DNA of 64,000 nt, from positions 16,554,001 through 16,618,000 of the forward strand of contig CM068750.1 of NCBI GenBank assembly GCA_035084275.1. Direction: 5' to 3'. Under the pieces are notes generated by a model. The model made no database searches. It was given only the letters and a program-made list of their open reading frames with translations, and was not told the DNA's origin. Position numbers and translations under genes: made by a program. Positions 13,661 to 25,030 of the stretch are shown here, one piece after another. The stretch comes from Hydrolagus colliei. Taxonomy: Eukaryota. The number at the start of each line of letters is the position of its first letter. The stretch's first letter is position 1.

Positions 13661-14008
13661 GTGGAGCTCCTGTGGCTCAGTGGTTAGAGCACTTGTCTTG
13701 CAAGCTGAGGAGACCAAGCTGGGGAGATCTGTGTTCGAATCCAGGCAGGTCAGGGCGAAACCTTGGGCAAGTTTCCTTACTCCACACGCCTAATAATAAT
13801 CCCTCCAAAAAAAAAACCACAATAATAAAATTGGTCATTTCAATCCACGACTGTGTGTGGGACACTGCTGTGCGCATATGGCTGCCGCGATTCGCCGACA
13901 AATATATACAGTCAATTCACTTTACAGTATATTCTGTGAAGCGCTTTGGGACGTTGATAAGATGTGGAAAGCGCTATATCAAATGCAAGGATTATTATTA
14001 TTATTATT
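13661..14008 (+). mobile_element. tRNA-derived SINE, short form
   Basis: TGGCTCAGTGG and GTTCGAATCC boxes, same body, (ATT)n tail. Confidence 0.9.
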
Positions 14009-14343
14009 AAGCAGCAGGAAGTAATCCAATCGGGATGGAATGGAACGCGTTCTCTCCCTGGAGGGAAGGATCTTGCTTACCAAATTCCAGGTAAGTATTA
14101 GGCGCAGGCTGGCAATAGCCAAGACTTGGGAACCCCGGTGTGTGCGATGGAGGTGACTGCTGGATTCTAACCAGCTGAAACCCACTGATATTGCTGTCTG
14201 GCAAGCTCTCAACCCGGGCACCAAGAGATACGCCAATGGGTTACAATAACAGATTTACTCACAAGAGTCACTATTTGTAATTGAGTCACAAAGTCCAAGC
14301 CCAGGGTAGGTTTCAATCTGTTTGAATGCTTTGTTTATTGCAG

Positions 14344-14404
14344 GAGAGATGGTGGCAGCAACTGCATCGGGCCATCCAGAAATTACCGCTCCTGCAACAT
14401 TCAG
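14344..14404 (+). CDS. PAPLN: Papilin exon 3 (RDGGSNCIGPSRNYRSCNIQ, end of first TSP1)
   Basis: TTGCAG acceptor, CAG|GTACAG donor, 61 nt, phase 2 to 0. Not in the ORF track in this frame. Confidence 0.93.
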
Positions 14405-14893
14405 GTACAGTGAGACACTCGCTGCTCAATTAGGGTTGACACTTAAGATTTGTTTGAGTCAGTTGAGTGGGCGTGGCAGCCCTTCACCGTGCTTAAACAA
14501 ATCTAAACCAGACAGTTCCTATGCATGCTATCTACACATGGGATTCCTGTGGAGTGAAACACCCTATTTCCCTGGAGGGACAAACTCAGTTTTCTTAATT
14601 CTGGAAAGTTCGAGGCACGGGCTGTTAAGAGCCGAGGCTTGGAGACTGCAGGCGATGTGTTAAGAGTTTAACTGGCGAAAACCACATAGCTAGTTATTAG
14701 GAGTCTGGCAAACTTCCTGCTGCTTGTCCAGCAAGGATCACCTATTAAGGCTTTGGCTGGAAGAGTTAATGAGAGCTGAGTGGGAAAAATTAGATTTTCA
14801 GTGCTGGGTAACACACAAGCTGTTTTTCAGTCATTCCACTTTCATCTCCAGCCTTTTGTTCTGATAACTTGTTTTCACCTCTTAAGGGAAGCA

Positions 14894-14912
14894 CAGCACC
14901 ACCTGGTGGCAA
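14894..14912 (-). promoter_or_regulatory. Candidate CTCF-binding site
   Basis: Minus strand TTGCCACCAGGTGGTGCTG closely fits the CTCF core CCACCAG(G/A)(G/T)GGCGC. Motif match only. Confidence 0.45.
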
Positions 14913-14999
14913 ATGGTGGCCAGTGTGGGAATTATTCTTGGTGCAATTCTGTACTGGGCCCCCTCACAAAAAGGGGTCAAACATGTGGTATTCACAGCA

Positions 15000-15114
15000 A
15001 GATAGGCTGCAGGTAAATGGACTTGCAATCTTCCCCCTGCACTCAGTTCCCGACACTGAGTTGAGTTCCTTGAGTTGGATAATATGTTGACACTCAGTAA
15101 GAATCGTAATTTTG
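15000..15114 (+). repeat. Direct repeat, copy 2 (pairs with 13532-13651)
   Basis: See copy 1. Confidence 0.9.
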
Positions 15115-15390
15115 CTGTTTTCAGCCCCACAAGCAATTCCTCCCAACACGGAAAGCGCTATATAGATGGTGTTTTGTTGTGGTTTCAGCCAAGGTTTCTG
15201 ATAGCGAGTTTTACATTCTCACCACCATCTGGTTAAAGTTTCTTCTAAACTTGTATCATTTGGTAGCTATCTTTAGCAAATTGGTGGATTCCGATTTCTC
15301 TATCTGGTGAATCTAAAAGTTGGTACCAATTGTAAGTCTCCTCCTTCCTGTAAGTCAGTAATTCCTGATATCCTTTGTTTTTCTGGACAG

Positions 15391-15493
15391 GATTGCCCGG
15401 AGGGATCCCGAGACTTCAGAGAAGAGCAGTGCTCTGAGTTTGATGGAAACGAATTCCAAGGAAAGAGATACAAATGGCTGCCGTACTATGGAG
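15391..15493 (+). CDS. PAPLN: Papilin exon 4 ([40 protein letters not shown]-type Cys-rich region)
   Basis: DFREEQC motif of the ADAMTS/papilin cassette; AG/GT ends; 103 nt. Confidence 0.95.
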
Positions 15494-15998
15494 GTAGATG
15501 AAACACACAAAGCCTTTTGAGACCTAAGTCAGTGTACATGTTAAAGCTGACAAAGAATATAGTGTGTTTTCACAAATTGAAAATGATGGATGGATTGTGT
15601 GATGACTATGAAAATCCATTGGATGTTTGAAACTTTTGGCTCAATTAAGTGCAGTAGGAACATAAAATATTTTGTTGGACACAATGGATGGAGTTAAATG
15701 TACTCGATGGTATTACGTTTCCCGACGGGAAAGGCGCTCCATAAATGTAATTTTGTTGCTGTAGTGGTTAACACCCACTTGTGTAGCATTGATTATCACC
15801 TGTTCCTCAAAATCCATTGGCCATCCATCATCCACACAAAAAATTGATCATGAATAGTCCTCTCCTGTGAATTGGTCCAGAAATCTGACTACAAAGGGAA
15901 TGTGTGTTTGGGAAGGAGGAATGTTGCCAGTTGATCGAACATTAAAAACTTCTATTGAGCAAAAGGAGCGTTAACCACTCTGGTCTTATCACCTACAG

Positions 15999-16129
15999 CT
16001 CCGAACAAATGTGAACTGAATTGCATCCCCAAAGGGGAAAACTTTTACTATCGCCACCGAGGAGCCGTCAGAGATGGAACGTTGTGTGAACCTGGGAATA
16101 GGAACATTTGCGTAGAAGGGGTTTGCAAG
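15999..16129 (+). CDS. PAPLN: Papilin exon 5 (PNKCELNCIPKGENFYYRHRGAVRDGTLCEPGNRNICVEGVCK)
   Basis: Cys-rich domain with DGTxC...ICVxGxC motif; AAG|GTGAGT donor; 131 nt. Confidence 0.95.
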
Positions 16130-16827
16130 GTGAGTGGGATGGATGTACACGCTGAATGAACTGCGGGTGAGTGCGGTGTGGACTGGCCATCTGAATGATT
16201 TCATCTCGTCTTTAATTTATTGGCTTTTACTTCTTCCTGCAACTAGTCTGCTGAGGGACGTGAAGGGAGTTTAAATTAAAGCAAGCCTTGCCTGTGGGTA
16301 TCTTGTGGGATAAGACTGCTTCACATTTGCTTGCAAAACCGCTGAATATTTGCAGTAAATATACTCACATAGTGGTGTCTATATCCTTGGGGCCCTAGTT
16401 TACTGGCATTCCAGAAATGCTCTTAGATACCAATGAGAATCGTTTGTGAACTAAGCGTCTAACATCGCTGCTTTTTTCTCTATAATTAGTGTCCAATTAT
16501 TGTTTCCTGATCATTATTTGTTCTCTTGTCCTCTTACCTCCTTTGCATATGATTCTCTGGTTGTTTTCCTGCAATCATTGCTGTGCGCAATTGGCTGCCG
16601 TGTTTCACCCACAAATACACAGTCAATTCACTTTACAATACATTCTATGAAGCGCTCTGAGGCGTCTGAAAGATATGATCAATGTCAAATGCAAATACTG
16701 TTACTAGTGCAACCTTCAACTTGTATTGATGTTGGTGGCTATTGACCAAAGAATTTCCATTAATATTGAACTGCAAGTTTCCATTGCTTTCTAAACATTT
16801 ATTTTGTTTCCTTTTTCTTCATGACAG

Positions 16828-16951
16828 TCTGTGGGCTGCGACAATGTACTGGAGTCGTCGCAGACTGAAGACAAATGCCTGGAATGTGGAGGAGATGGGA
16901 GCAGCTGTTATAAAGTGCAAGGGATATTTAATGCAAATGACTTACCAATAG
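16828..16951 (+). CDS. PAPLN: Papilin exon 6 (SVGCDNVLESSQTEDKCLECGGDGSSCYKVQGIFNANDLPI)
   Basis: VGCD...DKCxxCGGDGSSC motif; AG/GT ends; 124 nt. Confidence 0.95.
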
Positions 16952-17233
16952 GTACATTGCTATGTTCTTTGCTTTAGAATGCTCTGCTGAGGACCTGAAT
17001 TGCATCTTAATTGAAACTTGAAGTACAGTGAAACTTGCAGAAGTCTTATCTTTATAAAGTCGTATAATCGGCAGTCTTTACATGCACCCAAGTCCCATTC
17101 AGTTTCCTGCTTAAAGCACTTTGATTTCCTTGCAATAGTTTTATTAATCACCTCCTGACTCTTTAACACCTCTCCCCTACCTCCATTACTCTTATAATTA
17201 CCATTTGCATAGAATCGTGGTAAGTTTAACAAA

Positions 17234-17400
17234 ACGCAAAATACTGCAGATGCTGGAAGTTTGAATCCAAAACAGAACACTCAGCTGAGAACACTCACTC
17301 AGCAGGTCAGGCAGCATCTATGGAGGACGTTGACTTGCTTTCCTTTCTCTGTAGATGCTGCCTGACCTGCTGAGTGAGTGTTCCCTGTGATTTCTGTTTA
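17234..17400. repeat. Palindromic (hairpin) interspersed-repeat copy with 32-bp perfect arms
   Basis: 17289-17320 is the exact reverse complement of 17352-17383. Confidence 0.9.
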
Positions 17401-17451
17401 TACAACTTGTGAGTTTTCCCAGTTTTATTGCAACACTGATTGTCTTTGCAG

Positions 17452-17532
17452 GTTACAACCAGATCCTAATAATCCCTATTGGGGCAACGAGTTTTCGGAT
17501 CAGGGAAATGGTGCCCACCCGAAACTTTCTGG
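17452..17532 (+). CDS. PAPLN: Papilin exon 7 (GYNQILIIPIGATSFRIREMVPTRNFL, ADAMTS spacer)
   Basis: GY...IPxGAT spacer motif; TTGCAG acceptor; 81 nt, phase 1 to 1. Confidence 0.95.
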
Positions 17533-18385
17533 GTAGAGTTTTGACTTCCTTAATCTTGCTTGTTGTAGACGTACTGGTTTTATTGTTTGATTTGGTACTC
17601 TTTAACTCTGTTAGAGGTAAGTTAGGCCAGCCTGACAATGCTGCTCTGGATCCCATGATGAACTCAGGAACTCGTAGAGGTGGGATCGGGGAGGGGAATG
17701 GTTAGGCAAGTTTCCTTATGCCACAAGTCTCTGTTTCCCTAGCAGTAAGCAAGAACCCAGTTCGTAATCGATTGGCAGATCCTTTTTTTTTTAATAAAAA
17801 ACAATCGACGACTGTTTGTAGGAAACTGCTGTGCGCAATTGGCTGTCGCGCTTTGCCCACAAAATATAATTAATTCATTTTACAGTGTATTCTAGGAAGC
17901 ACTTTGAGATATTTCAAAGACTTGATAAGGCACTATATCAAATGGAAGGATTATTATTATTTTTATCGTATATTTGATTCTTGCATTCTCATGTTTTACA
18001 TTGATTCAAACAAATTGCATTGTCAAGTTGGGAGGGCGTCTGAAGGTACAGGAGAGTCAAGTTTGCTTCACAGATTATAGTGTAGTGCTTTACATATATA
18101 CTGTATATATTATATAATGTATGTATAAATGCAAGTTGTTATTAACTGGGGATTAGATTTGAGAGTGATGGAGACCATGAGGGGTGAGTGTTGGAAGACT
18201 GACCTCGAATGAGGCGAGGGAAGGGGAGAGGCAAAGGGAGTCTCGTTTGGAGATCGAGAGTGTGTGGGAAGAGGGCAAGGACAGGTGTGATGGATTCGCG
18301 GAGCCCTAGTGCTCCAAGTGTTGATGTATCTGTTTCATTTGTCATGTAAATCTTGTTGAGATCATTTCCCATTAATTAATTACAG

Positions 18386-18558
18386 CCATTAAAAATATTC
18401 GGGGTGAGTACTACCTGAACGGACATTGGACGATTGACTTCAACCGAGCTTTGTACGTTGCAAACACCGTCATTCATTACGAGAGGGGAACTGAAGGGGA
18501 TCTGGCGCCAGAGGTCATTCATGGGCGAGGAATTACATCCGAGCCCTTGGTAATCGAG
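18386..18558 (+). CDS. PAPLN: Papilin exon 8 (AIKNIRGEYYLNGHWTIDFNRALYVANTVIHYERGTEGDLAPEVIHGRGITSEPLVIE, spacer)
   Basis: YYLNGxW spacer motif; GAG|GTGAGT donor; 173 nt. Confidence 0.95.
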
Positions 18559-18659
18559 GTGAGTGTGGATCTGGACTGTTAAGTCACCTTTGCCTATCAA
18601 AATGCAATGATAATTATTGAAACTGAGAATGGCTTTGTGTGCGTTTGTTTATTTTGCAG

Positions 18660-18786
18660 GTCATCAGCCAGGAGCTAAACCAGGGTATTGAGTATGAATA
18701 CTACTTACCCCGCTACAAAAGGCAACCCCAAGGCTACTTCTGGAGTTTGGGCTCTTGGAGTTCGTGCAGTAAGGAATGTGGTGGAG
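18660..18786 (+). CDS. PAPLN: Papilin exon 9 (VISQELNQGIEYEYYLP...WSLGSWSSCSKECGG, end of spacer and start of TSP1-2)
   Basis: TTTTGCAG acceptor, G|GTAATT donor, 127 nt. Confidence 0.95.
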
Positions 18787-19376
18787 GTAATTTTACTCCC
18801 ATTCTTACCAACCTGGGATCGTGCAATGAAAGTCAATTGTACTTTCAACCCACAATAATGGAGCTGCCTCTGTGATGTAAAAAATCTATACTTCTGCAAT
18901 TAGGACAATCTCTGCTCAATTCCCGGTGGGCTCTGGGCTAAATTGGTACGGTGAAACTGGCCACCAGGAGAGCCAGGTCTGATCTGAGCTCTTCTGATGG
19001 CCAAATGGGTAAATGTACAGTGTGGTACAGCAGTAAACTGCGCAGCTTCAAATCTGGCTTTGTACTATTAACTGAACTCCAGGGCAATGAATGAGGAGGA
19101 TGGATGGACGGATGTACCAATTGGCCTCAGTGTTTCTGTCCAGTTGACTGTCCAGAAACTAGTGCACCAAAACCTTGATAGATGAAAATCTATTTTCCTT
19201 TGTGAAAATGTTTTTCTTATCTTTCTTCCTGTACGAACCTGTTGTTCAGCCTTCAGTTGAGGAATGGAGAAATTTATTCAGTTACAAGAGAGAACTTTAA
19301 CTGGTGCAGATCGAAAAAGCTTTTTCTTCCGAGAGTTCCCCATAATGGTTTCCTTTGGCTTTGTTTTATTGTGTAG

Positions 19377-19503
19377 GCTACCAGACGCGACTTGCATTTT
19401 GTACCATTGACAACGAAGCCTATCCGGATCATCTATGCCAGGCTGACCTAAGGCCAATCAGCAACAAGACCTGTAACACTCAGCTGTGTCCTCAGACAAA
19501 ACG
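19377..19503 (+). CDS. PAPLN: Papilin exon 10 (GYQTRLAFCTIDNEAYPDHLCQADLRPISNKTCNTQLCPQTK)
   Basis: C-terminal half of a TSP1 repeat; AG/GT ends; 127 nt, phase 1 to 2. Confidence 0.94.
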
Positions 19504-21726
19504 GTAGGTGGCCTCTAAACACACATATTTGGAAATATCCAAGTGAGTGCATCCCGCAGGCTCTCTGATACCTCCCCCAAGTGAGCAGATTTATCTGACC
19601 CTTCATAATGAGTGTCACCTTTAGGCTGATTACTAAAAGAGCAATGTTCATTAGTAATATTAATAGCAACACAACCGTGTCTCACAAATAATGGTGGAAT
19701 GAATGACCAATTTTATTTTGGGGGGATTGTAGGACGGGAAACTGATAGAGAGAAACTCCCTTCTCATCTCGAATCGTGCAATATGATCCCAACACTCATT
19801 GGTTGAATCCAAGGCTTGAACCCATAACCTTCTGATTCAGAGGCCAGAGTGCTACCACTGGCTGACACATTAACTGCGAGACATTAAGAGAGACGGAAAC
19901 TCCATTATAAGGATATTGTGCAAATGCGTCCCAGAGAAGTCTAGGTAACTGAGATCCAAACCACTGCGTTTCCCCAAATGCCATCAAGTCTTGGCCAATT
20001 TGACTATTTGGGGTTTAAAATTTAAGATCGTGTAACATCATGGATGATGGTTCAATTTGCTCAGTGCTTAAAAATAAACTACTTCTCAAGTAACACTGAA
20101 TTGAAGGCTTTTTCCCCAATTCTGCGCAATATCATGTTTCTGAGAAAAACTGGTCTTACAGGCCATTAGATAAGGTGGCATTTCAGGTTTTGCGTGTTAC
20201 ATTACTTACCGCTTTTTGTACTTCCATAAACTGGGTTGTGTATGTTCAACCATTTCCAGTCAACAACAACAAATTACATTTTTATGTCACCTTTCACATC
20301 ACATGCAATATTCATACATCGATTTCTATTCTGGGAATTTTTTTATTTTTATTTTAAACACTGAGGGAAAAATGTAAGCTTTTTTTTAAAAAAAATTTGT
20401 TCCATGCCTAAGGATTTCATTCGTTAATCGACCGAGAAGGTGGACTGAGAATGATTGTCAAAGGTCAGAAGTTTTCAGGTAACGAAGATGGCTGCTAGCA
20501 ATGTATGCACATCTACAAGATGATTTGAGAAAAAAAATCAATGCTGCAAAATATTTTTTTCTCTCTCTCTGGCTGCATAGAAGTTTGCATAGATGGTGTG
20601 GTGCTGTGTAGTGGAGAAGGTGAGTTGCTATATGGTGGAGAGGAGCTTGCTTGCAGCTGGGAGCTTCGAAGGCAATATTGCAGCTTCTGGTGTTTTGGCT
20701 ATGCTTAGGTGGAAATCTTAATATTATGCAATCAGTTGAGGGTGGCATCGGTGATTATTTTTAATCATATAAATATTCTTTAATCTCTCTTTCGCCCTTG
20801 AAGGTATTTAATCATTTCCCCCCCCCCCCCATTCAGTGATTTCCCTGCAGGTAACTAGTGCAACTGGCCTTTGTTGGTTATGTGAGCCTAGCTCACAGTC
20901 CGCAAGTAATTTCTTTTAGAAAATGTCAACACAGAAGCCTGCATATAATTAATTATGTTTGGCTGCAACATAAAGGGATCACTCAAGTGTTTGAGACAGT
21001 GCAGAGGAGGGCTAGGAGATTCTCATTGTCTTGGAGGGAAGTGGGAATTAACCTGTGCCTAATGCTCTCCGGAATTAGATAACCAGAGAGAGTGTGTGCA
21101 TTCTACTCCCAACAATCTATCTCTGGAATTTCCATGCGTAGGTGGGATGCGTGGAATTCTCAGTTTGGATACGCTTAAGTATGACAATGGGTCTCTGCGT
21201 GTGTCAGACACATCGCTGACCAAAAAAACAGGGAGATCGGAACTTGTAGAGCTACATAAGATTCTACATGGTACATAGAAAGAGTAAAACAGAAATCACT
21301 TAATTTTATAAAAAGCCTTTTAAGTGAAAACAGATCTCTCTCAAAGTGCTTTCCACATTCCCATTATGGAAACATGCATCCATGGCTAGTAAATATTTTC
21401 AGTATATCAGCCTGGACTGCTTCAAGTTAAACTCATGTGTGTTAAATGACTAAAAGTTTGAAATGCTCTGAGACGATCGATCAATCGTCTGACTGACGCA
21501 AACTCAATTGCTTGGAGGACAACTCTCGCAAGGAACACACTAGAGAGAACATAAGACTTGCTAGATGAAAGAAGACCAAGATCCAACTAGTTGACCTTCC
21601 ACCATCCCGGCAGTCGCTTGCATGGGTCATGTTCCAAACTATATACTTTATCTCAACATATCATTTGCCTAAGGGAAACCTAATCAGAATGAATTGACTT
21701 GAGTGTTAACCTTTACATCCCATCAG

Positions 21727-21934
21727 ATGGAAGACGGGTGACTGGGGAGGGTGTTCAGTCACATGTGGTGGAGGGGTTCAGACCAGGTCTGCATATTGCA
21801 CTTATGTGGACAGGAACGGAGCTGAGGTGGTGGCGGACGGCACTGAATGCATTGGGGCTGGAGACAAGCCTCAGAACCGGCGTGTATGCAACCTTCTTCA
21901 GTGTGCTGCGTGGATCGGGACACGGTGGTCTGAG
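21727..21934 (+). CDS. PAPLN: Papilin exon 11 (WKTGDWGGCSVTCGGGVQTRSAYC...CNLLQCAAWIGTRWSE, TSP1-3)
   Basis: WxxxxWxxCSVTCGxG motif; 208 nt, phase 2 to 0. Confidence 0.95.
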
Positions 21935-22313
21935 GTACGCTTGAGATAAAGCTATTGGAGCACCAGACGAGATGAAAGCAAGACTTGCTGATCATGTCCT
22001 GCATTTCCTCACAATCGTCAAATATGACTTTTCCAGCTCTTATTTCCAGGAAAGTGACCAAGACCGTTTTTCGCACATATATCCACATATACCCACACAT
22101 GAACCCTGATACGTATACACACACTCGCATCCATAGACTGGAGTGACCCCCAACTCTTGGACCCCACCTGTGTCTGAGCACATTGGCTGGGGTTGGTGGG
22201 TATCAAAAGAAAGGCAAAAGTAAGTGTCTCTAGATGGGCGAGTCTCATCCTTATAAAATTATTTTCAGTAGCTCTAAAGTGAATGTATGTCTATTTTCTA
22301 TGTCCTGTTGCAG

Positions 22314-22490
22314 TGTTCAGTAACTTGTGGCGAAGGGATTCAGACCAGATCGGTTTCCTGTATGTCACGATCAGGTAGTCAGCTTCCAGCCTTTGCCTGT
22401 GTGTCCCAACTCAGGCCTTCAACATCTCAGGCCTGTGTGCTCAGCTCATGTAGTGAAGGTTTTTCATGGTATATTGGAGCCTGGGGGCAG
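22314..22490 (+). CDS. PAPLN: Papilin exon 12 (TSP1 module, duplicate copy A)
   Basis: CSVTCGEGIQTRSVSC...WYIGAWGQ; TGTTGCAG acceptor, CAG|GTAAGT donor; 177 nt, phase 0 to 0, open frame. Confidence 0.9.
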
Positions 22491-23422
22491 GTAAGTCAAA
22501 GGATTTTATTTTTCTCTTTTGCTAGACTTGGATCCAATACCCACTTACTTTATTTTCTCTTGTGAAGATACTGATACTTGCTGGGGTATGGCTTCTGCTA
22601 CCCCACATGTGTAGCCATTTATTATATATGAGCAGGCAGTAACTCGGCGGGAGGGGGGGAGGAGAAGTTGGAGCAAAGCCGACCCCTATTCTATCCTTAA
22701 CCAGGAATCGTCTCATGTATCTATCTGTCTTGCAGCAGAAGTCACTACGTAGTGATGAGGAATAGAAAACCTTCGGTAGCCTCAGATATATGTGCTTAAT
22801 GCAGCCAAATTGGGATTTTGCCTTTGTGTAATGTGTAATGAAGAATTTGCCAAGTTTATTGATTTATGTATATTTTCCCTGCTGAAAACAGAGAAGCCAG
22901 GGTGTGCACCTGTTTACTGGAGCATACAAAGAATAACTCTCGCATTTGATGTAATATTGATAAAGTCAAACTGTTCACAGGAAATAGCTGTCAAGTGCAG
23001 TGACTGTTTGCTGCTTGCAAACTGGTTATTGCATTTGCTGACAATGTCCAACAAATAGCAGTGAACAAATAAGAGTCTCGGGATGTTTCAACAGACAGAT
23101 TAGATCTCAGTTTAACATCTTATTCTAAGCCAGCAGATCTGACAATGCAGTGCTCCACCATCACAATACTGTACCTACTATGTATCTTAGTCCGTGAGCT
23201 CAGAAATCCCGCCATGGGGTTTGAACCCATAACTTGACATCAATTTGATCTGCACTGACCGACAATTGAACCTGATGACTTTCTGGTCGCTATGAATTAT
23301 GTCCATAATATTCAGGCCATTTATTTTATGGAAAGTCCTTTTTTCAAAGATTTTGTTTTCAAGCCATTTTTTATACTTAACTAAGTAGTGAATGCCTCAT
23401 GTTATCCTGTGTCCTGTTGCAG

Positions 23423-23599
23423 TGTTCAGCAACCTGTGGCGAAGGGATTCAGACCAGATCGGTTTCATGCATATCACAATCAGGCGGTCAGCGTCCAGCC
23501 TTTGCCTGTTCATCTCACCCCAAGCCTCCGATGACTCAGTCCTGTGTGCTCGGTGCCTGCTCTGAAAGCTTTTCATGGTACATTGGAACCTGGGGTCTG
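23423..23599 (+). CDS. PAPLN: Papilin exon 13 (TSP1 module, duplicate copy B)
   Basis: CSATCGEGIQTRSVSC...WYIGTWGL; TGTTGCAG acceptor, CTG|GTGAGT donor; 177 nt, phase 0 to 0. Confidence 0.92.
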
Positions 23600-23952
23600 G
23601 TGAGTGAGTCATAGTATTTTTAATCTTCTTGGGTGAAGGAATCAGGTGACCTTCTGGTTGGTTAGTAAGGAATGGGAAGAAAATAGGGCTGAAAATATAT
23701 GAGCTAATATATTAGCTCTTAAGGAATAAGCTAAATATCTAAAAAGGAGAACATTATAAGGGGGAGGGGAGAGTGGTGAGTGGGGGTGGGGTGGGGGAGA
23801 TTAGGAGAATGGAACTAAATAGTAGTCAGTCAGAATGGACAAAATGGGTCAATCTATAATTTTCTGGTGGTTATTTTTGGGGAGAAGGGAGCAGTGTGTA
23901 ACATGAGAGGTTGGGTTTAGAGATCCTGATGCTGTCACTTGATTTGTTGCAG

Positions 23953-24103
23953 TGTTCCAAGAGCTGTTCCTCAGGACAACGGAAACGCCAGATTCTTTGC
24001 TACGATCAGGAACTCAATTATCAGTTCCCAGAACTATGTAACCTCAGAGCTCAACCACATGAAATTGAGGAATGCAACACACAACCGTGCTACCTGCCGC
24101 AAG
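23953..24103 (+). CDS. PAPLN: Papilin exon 14 (CSKSCSSGQRKRQILC...EECNTQPCYLPQ, last TSP1)
   Basis: CSKSCSSG and CNTQPC motifs; 151 nt. Confidence 0.95.
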
Positions 24104-24348
24104 GTTAAACCCCTTTCCTCGCTTGTTTTGCTCATTTTTTGCATAGTTTTTGTTTTCTCTTTTCTTTTAACGGAGATGAGAGATTGGGATCTTTCTATTT
24201 TGTAAAATACTTTCTTCTCTACCTGGCCAGTCAGCTGAAGGAGAGAGGTTTGTGCCCTAATTTTAATACCCAGATTGCTTCAGCCTGTTTTCACACGTGT
24301 GGCAATTATTATGTTATTTGCTAATTATATTTTCCTCGACTCACACAG

Positions 24349-24435
24349 ATGTTCCGAGTATGCCGGACCCCACAGGATTTGATCCTGATAAAGAGATACA
24401 GATTGTCCCCTATGCTGGGGGTTACCCACCCTCAG
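24349..24435 (+). CDS. PAPLN: Papilin exon 15 (DVPSMPDPTGFDPDKEIQIVPYAGGYPPS, linker)
   Basis: CACAG acceptor, CAG|GTGAGT donor, 87 nt, phase 1 to 1. Confidence 0.9.
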
Positions 24436-25030
24436 GTGAGTGGACCCTTCAGAACCTAGTTATAATAATTAAGTCCAAATAATCTTTTTTAGTCAAGGGA
24501 ATGCTTATTTTTCCAGCAATTAAATTCTTCCTCAAAGTCTTTATCATGATGTTGTCCTATTGCAACCAAAAGAGGGCACTATTTATATTTATAAAGTAAA
24601 TTCACTTTACAGTATTATTCTGTATATCCTTATGGGGGTTTCCTTACTCCACATGTCCCTGTTTACCTAGCAATAAGTAGGAACCTGGTTGTTAGTCAAA
24701 TTGTGGATTGCTTTCCAAGGGGTAATTGCGTCTAAAATAAGTTAATTAAAATCTGGTCACTCAATCCCCTCAATTGTTTGTGGGACACTGCTGTGCGCAA
24801 TTGTCTGCTGCATTTCAGCTGCAAAATACACAGTCACTTTAAAGTTAATCCACTTTACAGTATTTTCTGTGAAGTGTTTTGAGAGATGTCAATGGCGTGA
24901 TAAACCACTATAAGAAATGTAAGGATTATTATTTGATGATTCACTGTGGTAAGGTGCAACAGATATGCAAGTTTCTTTTCGCTCCCCCTCTCAGTCATGT
25001 TCATGTTGTTTTTATATTTCAATCTGTTAG

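Noticed and set aside
13612-14010. 132-aa ORF and similar ORFs ending in KDYYY (999, 37787, 9045)
   Set aside because: Chance translations of SINE bodies and their (ATT)n tails.
21759-22181. 140-aa minus-strand ORF
   Set aside because: Antisense to PAPLN exon 11 plus low-complexity TG/TA-rich intron.
23760-23797. G-run cluster (possible G-quadruplex) downstream of duplicated exon B
   Set aside because: It appears embedded in a decayed CR1 3' end and there is no independent evidence of function.
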